Of a DNA stretch of 64,000 nucleotides, positions 25,345 through 38,261 are shown one piece after another. The translations under genes were made by a program, and so were the position numbers. This stretch comes from Okamejei kenojei (Eukaryota): positions 12,214,001-12,278,000 of the forward strand of contig CM069167.1 in assembly GCA_035221665.1 (NCBI GenBank), written 5' to 3'. The notes below the pieces were generated by a model. The model saw nothing but the letters and a program-made list of their open reading frames with translations. It ran no database searches and was not told the DNA's origin. The stretch's first letter is position 1. Each line of letters opens with the position of its first letter.

Positions 25345-26024
25345 CTGTAATAGAATCATAGGAAACAAAATTGACATGCAATTAGTAAAGAGCAGTCAAT
25401 AAGAAGGCAATTGAAGGAAGTTGTACCCTAATATTGGCTGCATCGCCAACAATAGCAACCATATTGGTTAAATAAGAATAGTTTTTGAAATATTGGTGGA
25501 AGACATTTCTAGATTAGCACATATAATTATAATAGGTTTATTGCTCTAATTATGCAACTCATGAACCTGCTGGCAAATTTCAACTGGGTTTAATTACGTA
25601 TCTTCATATCCAACACCAAATGAAGCTCAGTTTGGATATTATATTTCAAATAATGAAGCATAAAATGGCTTGCACAGAATAGAATCTTCAAGATAGTTGA
25701 TGTAATGTGGGCAACAGTTACAAGGCAGCACTTACCGCCCATCATTAGTTACCACAAATGACAGATTGGCGTTACATGCAGCTCAGGTGAAGCACGGTAA
25801 TGAAGGACATCAATGGAACTAGTTAGGCCTTAAATGTTAAACCATCATTTTCAAAGCTTTAATTTGTAAGCCAACATTAATAAAAGTCAGAGTTTACTTG
25901 CTGCATATGTTTAGCTTGACAGGCTAGGCGATCAGTATGCACTTCCAGGAGGTGAACATGCACATCCCTGTGCAAAGGATTAACAAATTCACCACTAAAA
26001 AAAAAATAAAAATCAGTAACGTTA

Positions 26025-26150
<126 letters not shown>

Positions 26151-26329
26151 TCAAATAAGGGAATTATTCATTTATTGTACTCCTGACAAAATCTTAAAAA
26201 GCAGGTATTGTAGAATAGTGATAATGGACATAGGCCTTTCGTTACTGAGAAAAGGTTATTGTACACACTGCAATATCCAGAAATAGCTTTCGCCATGGTT
26301 GGCTGTTTACCATCAGAACCATTGAACAT

Positions 26330-27040
26330 ATCCAATAGTTGCTGAATGGACAAGAACTTCAAGTTCTGAAGTAGAAATATCACCAACAACTTGTCCACGA
26401 CCAAACACATTGACACTACGGCCAAGAAAGCTCACCAAAGCCTCTACTTCCTCAGAAAACGTAGCAAGTTCAGCACATCCACATCTGTCACCAACCTCTA
26501 AGGATGCACCACATAAAAGCATTTCCATGGGTGTATCACAGCTTGGTTTGGCAACAGCTCTACCGAAGACAGAAGGACATTTCAGAGAGTGGTGGATGTA
26601 GCCCAGTCCATCACACAGAGCAGTCTCCCGTCCATCAACATTTTACACTGCCATGGAAAAGCAGCCAAAGTAAAGACCATATTTTTTCAGGTCATTCCCT
26701 CTTTTCTATCCCATTTGGCAGAAGATAAGCTTGAAAAGCAGAATAAAAAAGGTTCCAAATTCAGGAATAGCCTCTTCCTTATCCGACTGTGGATGGCCCT
26801 GCCATATGCCAGGGTGAAGTCCAAATCTTCCAACCTACCTCATTGCAGACCTTGCATTTTTTCTTCAAAACTGTATTTTCTCCATTACTATAACGCTGTA
26901 ACACTATATTCTGCACTCTCGTATTTTTACTTTGTTTACCTGTTGTACTTGTGTATGGCTTGTTTCTACTCATGTATTGTGTGATTTCTGGATAGTACAC
27001 AAACACAGCTCTTCATTGTATATTGCATATATGACAATAA
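26330..27040 (+). mobile_element. Degenerate Rex/Babar-like LINE 3' portion
   Basis: Similar to 52150-52820 (ctctacttcc.cagaa, gcccagtccatcac, atgacaataaa). Confidence 0.6.
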
Positions 27041-27075
27041 ACCAATACGTACTGGCAAAGGAGTTTAGCACTCAC

Positions 27076-27269
27076 CTTCTTCTCATGGTTGGGAATAATG
27101 CAACGAACAAAATTAGGGTTGGTATTCCTTAGTGTGGCCATCAGTTTGGAAAGCTGCTCCTTGTAAAGTTGGCTGACTGTACGGAACATGCCCCTTTTGG
27201 TCTTGAACGTACCAGGTAGTACTGCATGGGTCAGGTCTACAACTTGATCCAATCCAACAATGCGGTCCA
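27076..27269 (-). CDS. MYH9: Exon 16 (194 nt) DRIVGLDQV...[14 protein letters not shown]...[13 protein letters not shown]
   Basis: tag|TGGAC...AAG|gtgagt. Confidence 0.97.
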
Positions 27270-27577
27270 CTAAGAAAGGAATTGTTGCAAGGTGGTTAAC
27301 TACGATACAGGTACGAAAAAACTAAAGAGTGTCAGGAGGTCGATTAAACTAGTTGAGACTCTGCAAAGAATTTCAACAAGCAGCATTAAAATATAAAAGA
27401 CACAAGGATCTTGAGTAACCTACACAGGTGATATTTCAAAGCCTTTGGAATTTCTCTTGAATTAAATTGAGTGAAGACAAAAACAAACTCAAAGATATAT
27501 CAAGGTGTTTTACAACCAATTAAGTACCTTTGAACCGTAGTTACTGTGGTAACATGGGAGATGCAGCAGCCAACTTA

Positions 27578-28185
27578 AGGCCCTGTGCCGCTTACGTGTC
27601 CTTGGCACGCAAATTACGCAACCTTGTCATCGCGTTGAGGTGCACGGGTATCGCGCGGCACTCTGGGATTTTGTACCGAACTAAATCTTCGCACGCCACC
27701 GGCCTGTCGCGTAACTGACGGCCAAAGTGGGACAGGCCCAAGACCCTGGCGCGACGCAACGTCACCTCCAACAGCAGCAGAAGCAGGGAAACGATCGTTG
27801 AATTCAGCCTGGGGCTCACGGCCGTTGCGGATCTGGATCCACTTCTACTCCCAGAGCGGGGCCAAGAAAATTTAAGATAGACACAAAATGCAGGAGTAAC
27901 TCAGCTGGACCGGCAGCATCTCTGGATAGAAGGAATGGATGACGTTTCGGGTCAAGACCCATCTTTCAGACTGAAGAGTCTCGACCCGAAACATCATCCA
28001 TTCCTTCCCTCCAGAGTTACTGCCGGTCCCACTGAGTTACTCCTGCATTTTGTGTCCATCTTCAAATGACGTCACGCGTTCCAGACGGCTGTGCGGGCGC
28101 ATGATGTCGCACGGGACCTTCGCGCCTCAACGCGATGGCGAGGTTGCGTAATTAGCGTGCCAAGGACACATGTGGGACAGGGGCT
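27578..28185. mobile_element. PIF/Harbinger-like MITE carrying an internal Penelope-derived palindrome (27870-28067)
   Basis: About 70-bp imperfect TIRs (aggccctgt... / ...acaggggct); TTA duplicated on both sides. Confidence 0.8.
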
Positions 28186-28592
28186 TTACACAAAACTCCA
28201 AAAAACAGTACCATGATAATGATTAATTACACTCTGCTATTTGAAAAGTATTGTTGATTGAGGAATGAATTTCCAAAGTTGATTAAGACACTCCCCTTCT
28301 TTAAAAATGATTTACGAAGGGGAAATCATGCTTAACTAATCTTCTGGAATTTTTTGAGGATGTAACTAGGACAATGGACAAAGGAGGGCCAGTGGAGACC
28401 AAAACTGCACACAATACTCCAGGTGTGGTCCCACCAGGGCCCTGTACAACTGCAGAAGGACCTCTTTACTCTTATTCTCAAAGCCTCTTGTTATGAAGGC
28501 CAACCAGCCATTAGCTTTCTTTACTCCGCAAATATATCATGCACATTTACCGAGTACTACTAACAGCTCAGAACAAGGTAAGATGAAATGAG

Positions 28593-28799
28593 GGTGGACA
28601 CAAAATGCTGGAGTAACTCAGCGGGACAGGCAGCATCTCTGGAGAGAAGGAATGGGTGACGTTTTGTGTCGAGGCCCTTCTTCAGACTGAAAACATCACC
28701 CATTCCTTCTCTCCAGAGATGCTGCCTGTCCTGCTGAGTTACTCCAGCATTGTGTCTACCTTATATTTAAACTAGCATCTGCAGTTCTTTCCTACACCC
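28593..28799. mobile_element. Short palindromic Penelope-derived element
   Basis: Inverted arms; 13-bp TSD aagatgaaatgag (28580-28592 / 28800-28812). Confidence 0.85.
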
Positions 28800-29361
28800 A
28801 AGATGAAATGAGAGTTTAGTTTAAATAGAAGTCAGCACCAATTTTAAATAGTGAGTATTAAACCATCAAATGGCTAAATGAGTAAATGAAAATTCTCTGC
28901 AGCAGGCAAAAGCATTTTGACTGATAATGCTGCTGCTATATATCCATAAAAACTAAAAGGTGCAATTAAAATAATTAGTTTTAACACCTATGTAGGATAA
29001 ACAAATTACACTTCAGCTTTAAACTTCAGCTGTAATTTCTATGCAGTGCTGGATAAACTCTAGACTGAACATGAACATCAAACAATTTAACTTTGTAACC
29101 GCAGGTTCGTTTGATAAACAGACTATGGTCCACCCAAGGAATCTTTATCAGTGCAGCTACTGTAATGATAAAATACATTACAGTGAGAAATTAAAGGATA
29201 AAGGAGATATGCAATTGTTCTCTCACAGCTTTTCTTTAAATTGATTGTCGCTACTAACAGATATAACTGCACTAAAAGCAAATCTCACCCACTACAATCA
29301 AACTAATCCACTCTGCAATATGCATTATAATTTTTTTTAAATCCTTCTGTTATTCTTGTTA

Positions 29362-29782
29362 CTACTCTGTGGATTGTCACCTTGTCGTGGTGGCGAAGTT
29401 TGTGTGGACCTGAGAGCGATGCCGTCTGGAGCCATGCTCCTGGTAGGGCCACCCATGGATGTACGGTCGAGGGGGAGGTCTCTGACAAAGAGCAATCCAA
29501 CCAAGACCTCAACGGTGGAACAGGCGGAGGATGATGGCGGACGTTAGTGGAGTGTCATAACGGCTGGGAAGGCGGATGAAGGCTGCAGCAGAAAAGGGTC
29601 TCCGGTCGTCTTGGACTCCATGCCACTGGACCCTGACCAGATCTGTCAAGGACCGTGGGGTGGCTGTCTGTGCACCAGTTTCCCCACCTTAAACAAAGTC
29701 ACGCACAGGCGTCCTCCACATAGGGAACAGCACCCTGGAGACACCCATGGTCATCCATGACCGAAGGGGGCCTAAGAAGAAC
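29362..29782 (+). mobile_element. Short non-autonomous retroelement with an RTE-like 5' end
   Basis: 8-bp TSD tcttgtta; 5' caccttgtcgtggtg motif resembling RTE/BovB 5'UTRs as recalled; aag-repeat tail. Confidence 0.7.
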
Positions 29783-31213
29783 TCTTGTTAACTGCAGTTT
29801 CATCAGTTATCTGCTTCTTATTTATTCTTTTTCTTTTATATTTTCTACTTAAATTATATTGTTTAATCTTTAAGTGGTTTAAACTGTTTAACATTCATAA
29901 CCACTCACAATAATGTTTATTTACCCTTTTTTTTATTTGAAAAGACATTAGGTGTCCTCAATCCCCTCTTAGAAAAGGTCCATTCCACCCCCACCCCCCA
30001 CAAAGTCTGCTCACTGCACAAACTTTTCATCCATTCCTTGCAGGTAGAATCTTATGCGCAGAGGCCTTTGGCCTATCATGCCTGTAGTTGATTGTTAACA
30101 CTGGGCCTTGACATTCCAGCCACCTTTTGGAGATAAAATTTCAGAGTCCAACAGATCAGTTAAAAAAAACGTCCTTGCCTCCCTTTAAAATCATTGACAA
30201 AAAGTTAGGATTTCTGGTTACTGAACTCATTAATTTAAAACTTTCCAACATATTTTTCTGCAAACCAAAACCTAAACTAAAAGCTACCACTACAGGTAGC
30301 AGCCTGGTAAGCAACCTCTTTACTCAGGTGCGAGTAATGTCAGACGTTCACCAGGTGTGATAGCCAGATTTATTCATTATTTTCCAACAACATCCTAATC
30401 AATTAAAGTTTTAGTACAATCTCTACTTTTAAGTGTTATTATTCTTATGACTATAAATCTAAATAAGTTATATGTATACTTTTAAGTTACCTTTTCAATA
30501 TGGCATGCTATTTTGAGGATATTTATAAGGACACCAAATTCTTTCTGCTCATTAATGCTTTGAAGTATAATTTTCTATTATTGCAATCAAAGGAGTGGAT
30601 AGAATTGAGTTTACAAAAAGTGGTCCAAGGTGAAAAAAAGACAGAAGAGGAGATCTAAACAAGACAATACACTTCTGAGAGGAACTGATAACACTACTAC
30701 TTCTCAGCTATACAAATAGTAATTAACCAAGAACCTTTGGAGATGATGTCATCATTCTAATACACAACCATTATCTACGTTCTGGGAACTTCCATTACAA
30801 ACTTCTATTGGTTTGTTCCCTACAAACATCTGAAGAGATAATAGAAGAGAACAGCTCAGTAACACACCCCTCGGCCCATGATATATGTGCCCAACATAAA
30901 GCCAATTTGAAGTAATATCCAAGATTGACATAAAAAGCTGGAGTAAGTCAACGGGCCAGAAGCATCTCTGTAGAAAAGGAATAGGTGTGGTAGCACCTTA
31001 TGCCTGCATGTGATGCATCTCTCTATTCCCTGCAACTGGTCTAATGCTTAGATAGTCTCCTGACTAAGCTTGGAATGTTAGATTTCTGCTCAACTTTAAA
31101 TCACTAAGAGGCTAAGGGGATCAGAGGGTATTACAGTTGGATGATCAGCCATGATCATATTGAATGGCGGTGCAGGCTCGAAGGGCTGAATGGCCTACTC
31201 CTGCATAATTTCT

Positions 31214-31244
<31 letters not shown>

Positions 31245-31469
31245 TCACAGAATATCAGTTTCATCTTTTGTGGTTTCAGATGGGGTGGAGAACGGATGTT
31301 TAAAAAATGTCTATCAGACAGTAAAACGGGAGGGGTGAAAACAAATCATATTTAAATCATAAAAATTACGTCTGAAGTATTTTCTCATTAAGTTAAACTG
31401 ACTCGGTTTGGCAGCTATAAGGCAGACAAATGCTATGTAGGAGAGGGAAAACAGATTTAAAACCTCCAC

Positions 31470-31762
31470 TGCCTTGTGGGCATATTCAGTCATGGAAAAG
31501 GCTCCAGGAGTAATCCTCAAGAAAATCCGGTCGGAGTCCCTAAAGCCGTTCGTCGTTGTCTACAACCTCGCTCTGGCAGCTCCTGCGACAGCGCTGGTGT
31601 CCAAACTATAACGGCCCTGCTGTTCCTTTGGATCGATCAGCGACGTGGTGAGGGGGGACGTGCTGCATGGGCAACAGCCTGTCCTCCATATGACTTGCAT
31701 CCTCCATCCGACCAGGATGCATCACCCATGGTCAGTCATGACCGAGAGGGGCCTACTATACT
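31470..31762 (+). mobile_element. SINE-like element sharing its 3' end with 29362-29782
   Basis: cacccatggtca..catgaccga..ggggccta at both 3' ends; GC-rich island in AT-rich intron. Confidence 0.55.
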
Positions 31763-33245
31763 ATGTATGGAAAATGGAAAAAAATTTAGAAACTAAAGAA
31801 ATGTTTCCTTTTAAGTCAAAATGTACCATCCATGTTATTTTACCAGAAATCTTCAACTGGTCCATTATATTAGGAAAACTTGATGGAAAAAGGAAAATGG
31901 GTTTAAAGGGAATGATTTTCCATTTTCATCTACCCTCCATAACGTCCCACCTACCTCTGAAAACAACAATTTAAAAATAAAAATACTAGTTCAGCATCTC
32001 TTCTGGTCCTATCAAAATTGTACCTGCAGGTAACTTAAGCTTTAAGCTCTCAGAGAGCATTGTCCAGCTTAATAGCCACAGTACATTGAATTTCAAAGCT
32101 GTTTTAATTGTGCACATAGTAATAAAGCAAATTTTAAAGGAGTTTAAAATTCAAAAATACATCCAGCACAGAAGGTGCCTGGATCGGCAGGAACATTTGC
32201 AGTGCACTTCTCCTACAAAATTTCTGAGAGACTTAAATTATAATGACTTATTCTAATTTAAGTTCACCAGAAGTATTACAGGTAAAAAAGATAGTTTTAA
32301 AATGTTAGTATTAATTATATGAATCTGAAACATGGCATGCTCTTGGAAACCCAGTTCATGCATCGATCTCTAAATTAAGAGGAAACACAACTGTGACACG
32401 TAAATTCTACATTCTTAATGATCAATTGAAATCTTCATTTCATAAAAATAACTGTGGAAGACACTAAAGTGTGTTTCAGGTGATCTGTCAATGAAGGGAA
32501 AGCGTTTAATGCAGGAAAGTTGTGCCAAGGTCAGCCAGGATCCTACTGAAGGACAAAAGAGGAAGGGGGAAGGCGGGGACAAATGCCTGTTCCCACTATT
32601 TTTCTGCTTTAGTTCTCAATCAAAGGTGCAAGTATAGTAGACAGATAGAAAGCTCCATTTTTTTTTTTAAACAGGCAGGGTCCAGAAATTTCAGAAGCAG
32701 AGGATGACGGTGCTTATCTCAGACTGTTTGCATGACCTGCCAGTCCATTCTAGACAAGCCACTTAATGCCATTCCTCCATACTTCTTAGCATAGGAGTCA
32801 CACATAGCATGATAATGTGGAAGAAAGGAGTAAAACTAAAGACCAATGTGGAAAGCCAGAATATAAACTATAATCATAGCCCTTAATTGTCTTGGAGAAA
32901 CTGCCAGGACAAGGGACACTGCAGTGTGCATATCTTAATTTAGGTCCAACAATAGTTATATTTATGAAATAATTTCATTATTGAAAAAAAAACGTACTAG
33001 ATTAGATCAATATTGAAAATTAATTTAATTTCTACTTTTTCCACACAAGTGCATTTTGCTTACGTTGGTGGAACAGATTTCACCACTGCAACACAAGATG
33101 AGGCATTGTTGAAATAGATGAGTTGCATTTAACCTACAGCAGAAGGGAAAATAGAAGGGAAAAAAGCAGGAATGGAGGAGAATGATGAACATTCAAAGCA
33201 GGCAATTCTCAGAAGCAACCAGATCATAGTCTTCTCTCGTGTCAC

Positions 33246-33306
33246 CTGGTTCGATATGTAGAATAGGAAAGCGTGCATAGAAATATGCGAGCTGAAAGCC
33301 TTTTAT
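33246..33306 (-). CDS. Candidate loop-2 cassette exon part B (61 nt) IKGFQLAYFYARFPILHIEP, B2/C2-insert-like
   Basis: ctcag|ATAAAAGGC...GAACCAG|gtgaca; ungapped similarity to recalled MYH10 B2 and MYH14 C2 inserts; lies in the equivalent intron. Confidence 0.6.
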
Positions 33307-34181
33307 CTGAGCAACAAACTGAGACATCGTTAAAAATAAGAATTCAACCCTCAAAGAAAGTAATAACTGCAAGATACACATCTAGTCTCTTTACTAGAAG
33401 CTTCTAAATCCTTCCTGAATCAATGCCAGAATTATCAAAACATGTATCATATCCGCAAAGGTATGAAACAAAACTCAAGTTAACTGGGCATGTAATATTT
33501 GAAAAAATGAGAATGAAAAGGCACTGTTTCAATATAATATAAATCAAGGTTAAATCAGTTTCGATCTCCCTCGAATTAGGAGCACTTGCGATGGATTAAC
33601 AGAAATCATACTGATCCAAATTCCTGGGTGTGAACATCTCAGATTACCTGCACTGAGCGCAGTACATAGGTGTAACAATGAGGATGATGTGCCAGCTCCT
33701 CTAAGTTATTAAAGGTTTAAAGAGAATCTGTCCGTCACCGAATAATCTAAGCAACTTCTACAGATGACCTGAACTACCTTGACTGGTTGTACCACAGCAT
33801 GTTGCAGCAATGCCAACACACAGGAATGCAAAAGGCCTACAAAGTGTTCGTCTCAGCCGAGTCCATCACGAGCACAACCTTTCCACCATTGGAACAAGAC
33901 GATGCCTCAAGAAGATGGCATCTATCAAAGAGGAAGCCTGCCATCTAAGCTTATGCCCTGCTCTTGTTGCAACAGTAGGTTCAAAAGCCTGAAATCCAAC
34001 ACCAACAGGTTCTGAATTGATCTGGGCAACCCCAAACCTACCTCAAAAACAGACTACTGAACTAGCTCTTGCACTATCATAGACTTGTTTTTAATTGTGT
34101 TGTGCACTCGATTTTTTTGCAGACTTTCTCTTTTCACTGTCTGGTAGAATTTTTGTATAATCTATATATAATTTATGCATA

Positions 34182-34434
34182 GGGTACACAAAAGGCTGGA
34201 GAAACTCAGCGGGTGCAGCAGCATCTAAGGAGCGAAGGAGATAGGCAACGTTTCGGGTCAAGACCCTTCTTCAGACTGGTCAGGGATCAGGGAAGTGAGA
34301 GATATAGACGGTGATGTGGAGAGACAAAGAACAATGAATGAAAGATATGCAAAAAAATATCGATGATAAAGGGAACAAGCCATTGTAAGCTGTTTGTAGT
34401 GTGAAAATGAGAAGCTAGTGCGACTAGGGAGGGG

Positions 34435-34502
<68 letters not shown>

Positions 34503-35140
34503 ATGCCAGGGCCCGAGGGCTGAGGGGGAGGTGGGAAGGGGAGGAGACAGCAAGGGTTAACAGAATTGAGAAAATTCAATGTTCCAAGCTTGAACATTGA
34601 ATTTTCTCAATTCTGTTATCAGCACTTCAACTCCCCCTCCCATTCCGTATCCGACCTCTCGGTCCTGGGCCTCCTCGACGGCCAGAGTGAGCAACACCGC
34701 ACGTTGGAGGAACAGCACCTCATATTCTGCTTGGGGAGTCTGCATCCTCTGGGCTTGAGCATTGAATTTTCTCAATTCTGTTAACCCTTGCTGTATCCTC
34801 CCCTTCCCACCTCTCCCTCAGCCCTCGGGCCCTGGCATCCCCTCTCTCTATCCACACCCTAGTCGAACTAGCTTCTCATTTTCGCACTACAAACAGCTTA
34901 CAATGGCTTGTTCCCTTTATCATCGATACTTTTTTGCATATCTTTCATTCATTGTTCTTTGTCTCTCCACATCACCATCTATATCTCTTGTTTCCCTGAT
35001 CGCTGACCAGTCTGAAGAAGGATCTCGACCCGAAACGTCGCCCATCTCCTTCGCTCCTTAGATGCTGCTGCACCCGCTGAGTTTCTCCAGCCTTTTGTGT
35101 ACCCTCGATTCTCCAGCATCTGCAGTTCCTTCTTTAACAC
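34182..35140. mobile_element. Penelope-like element 3' end with inverted terminal duplication (about 350-400 bp arms)
   Basis: GIY-YIG-ORF C-terminal peptide HFNSPSHS..LSVLGL...LEEQHLIFCLGSL; 15-bp TSD tataatttatgcata (34167-34181 / 35141-35155). Confidence 0.9.
34435..34498. repeat. (GA)n microsatellite expanded in one arm only
   Basis: Direct reading; the opposite arm has only a short ctctctct. Confidence 0.95.
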
Positions 35141-35742
35141 TATAATTTATGCATAATTTGCTTTTGTGTGTTGGCCGAGTATGTGCGGTGATACTGCTGC
35201 AAGCAAGATTTCATTGTTCCTGTTTCTCACCGCACTTCTGCATATGACAACAAACATGGAGTTAACTGAAATGATTGGTTGCATCTTCAGGCGTAATGCT
35301 CAGCAGACCGGGGATTCCCCGAGGGGGAAATGAGATATCAAAAAAATGTTTTCTTTTTTAAAACACTCATGAAATAGTATAATCCAGGTCTGTGAACAGA
35401 TTATAGTTCTTTGATTCTCAGAAGATAATCAATCAGGGAGCTGGCAGTGTAAATCTAGCAACTGTCATGGAAAACAATAATATGCCTTAAAATACCATCT
35501 TGCCAGGAGTTATGTTTTTCTATTAGTATTGATTTGAATTAAATTCTAGGATAAATTTCAAAAGATACCATTTAAAAACTAGCAAACCAGAGAAACCAAA
35601 TTAGAGAGAATATATAGCCTGCATTATGATGCTAGATAATGGCCCATCTTGCATTCTGATATCCTACCCTACTTAGCTGAACATTGTACCCTACCTTTCA
35701 AAGATTATCTGAAATATTTAATGCAGATGTCCAATTGCTTAC

Positions 35743-35792
35743 GAAATACTCCTCAGGAATAGATTGCCTAAAGTAAATTTCCATTTCCTCAT
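35743..35792 (-). CDS. Candidate loop-2 cassette exon part A (50 nt) DEEMEIYFRQSIPEEYF
   Basis: tacag|ATGAG...TATTTC|gtaagc; phase 1-0, open frame; complements the 61-nt candidate exon. Confidence 0.35.
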
Positions 35793-36115
35793 CTGTACAA
35801 GCGAAACTCATGCTAGGCACAGAGGAGAGAATTAGTTTGTTCATCGGAAGAAGAACACAAGTCAGCGTCTTCAAGCTCCAGTATGATACTTTTGCATTCA
35901 GGAGCTTGCCCCTACCTGCTAGCACCCTGCAAACCTAGTTATCAGTATACTGAGAGAATTTCAAGATCTTGTGAATAGAAACACTGAAATATGCAAGTGC
36001 TTGATAGTGCCATCAAGCTGAGGCTAGGAAACGCGGGAAGCAGCTGTGTGCCTTGGAAAACAAATTACTGGAGTCACAAAGAGATTAAAAGACTTGATTT
36101 AAAAATGTTACGTAC

Positions 36116-36230
36116 CATCTCTCCAAAGATCAGCTATAAATTTATCGGAAGACTGGTGCAACAATGAAGCAATGTTATCATTTAGTGGGTCCATATTCTT
36201 CATTAGCCATTCAGTAGCTTTGTAATCCAC
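36116..36230 (-). CDS. MYH9: Exon 15 (115 nt) [38 protein letters not shown]
   Basis: cag|GTG...GATG|gtacgt. Confidence 0.97.
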
Positions 36231-36466
36231 CTGCATTGCAAATAAAAGACACCTTGTCTAAATATACATATGTAATATTGAGATCAACTATTAAAAATTG
36301 ATATTTGTTATTTAAAACTACCAAGTCCCATTCACATGTCTGCCGTCCAGATTACAAGTTCATTCATTTTATACAAGAGCACAATAAGCAAAGCCAAGGT
36401 GAAAACAGGTCCGCAAAATTGTGACTGGATTTCCTTACGCAATAGTAACACTAATAGATTAACCTA

Positions 36467-36754
<288 letters not shown>

Positions 36755-36758
36755 TCAC

Positions 36759-36932
36759 GGATTTTTCAATGAGGTCAATGCAAGGCTGCAAGTCAAGGCC
36801 AAAATCAATGAAGTTCCACTCAATTCCTTCTCGCTGGTACTCCTCTTGCTCCAGGATGAACATTGTGTGATTAAAGAGCTGTTGCAGCTTTTCATTTGTG
36901 TAGTTGATGCACAATTGTTCAAAAGAGTTCAA
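36759..36932 (-). CDS. MYH9: Exon 13 (174 nt) [25 protein letters not shown]...IEKS
   Basis: cag|TTG...TCC|gtgagt. Confidence 0.97.
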
Positions 36933-37935
36933 CTGCAAAAAACGTGCAAAAGAACATTACTAAGAAGGGAGCAAGTCAAAGATGGCACTGCACACCAACC
37001 AATAGAACGTTTTGTATGTTAATCTTAAGTAAATTATCACTTTTAATGCAGCCAAGATGAGCAAAATATTGTCATTAACAAAAGCAGGTCTTGCTGGGTA
37101 TATCTTTCTGGCTGAGGTTTAATTCCAACCAGAACTGTTGGTTTCAGCCATTGAGACTTGACATCTTCATACAGAAGTATGGGACTTACCAAGACAGATT
37201 GTATTACAATCTGCCACTACATTGTGCCACTGGACTGTATGGGGAGTCCATCAGCAGAGCTTATTTTTGCTGGGATTTCCCATTGGAAGAAACCACGTCA
37301 TAGGCAGTGAATTATGGTGTGAACATTGAAAGAAGTGCAAACATAAAAATCACCTTGTTCTGCAATAAAATGTTACTTCATCACAGTTGGGAGAGGATTT
37401 AGGATCCTACATGTATCTCTTCTTTTACTGAGTATTATTTGGAAAAAAATGCCATAGGCTTACTCACAGTTCCAGAACTTTCTAATTAAAGCGCTTTGAA
37501 AGCTTAATTTGAAATCCAATATCAAATGTAAGAATACTAACAAAATGAAGCACATCCCAAAATTGCAAATAACCCAGCTTTACCGTTTTAACGGGCTTCA
37601 GTGAAGAATATTTTAAAATCTACGTTACAGTAACTTGGTGGGTCATCTTAGAACTGTGCCCGAGAAACTCTAGTGAGCTTTACATTTATACAGCTAGTTT
37701 GTGTATATTGTTCACCATCCCAGACACAGAATGACTAAGATAGGAGGTCACACAATTTATACTAAAGGGAAAGTGTCTTATTTCAGAGCAAGGGACTGAA
37801 CATTACAAAATACCCATGTAGCATTAGCCAAGATGTAGATACAAGGCTGCTGCATAGATATTTTACTTCACCGAGTCTTTATGAGCAAATTTATACCGTG
37901 GGCCAAAGGAACTGGTCCTGCGCGGTATTGCTCTA

Positions 37936-38175
<240 letters not shown>

Positions 38176-38261
38176 TCAGTTACTTATGTTTAAATACAAG
38201 GCAACCAATAGTAATTGGGTTAGTGCAGGAATAAGACACCGAGGTAAATCAACCTTTTCTT

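Larger units (their letters stand above)
33600..35260 (+). mobile_element. Degenerate Rex/Babar-like LINE 3' part, interrupted by a Penelope-like insertion
   Basis: Similar to 52150-52820; tail tgctgcaagcaagatttcattgt...atgacaa resumes after 35155. Confidence 0.55.

Noticed and set aside
34287-34600. SLSLSL / ERERER ORFs
   Set aside because: Translation of the (GA)n microsatellite.
35695-35708. Possible 14-nt exon cag|ATAATCTTTGAAAG|gtaggg
   Set aside because: In-frame TGA stop after exon 15.
35916-35926. Possible 11-nt microexon cag|GGTGCTAGCAG|gtaggg
   Set aside because: Gives an in-frame TAG after exon 15; no homology support.
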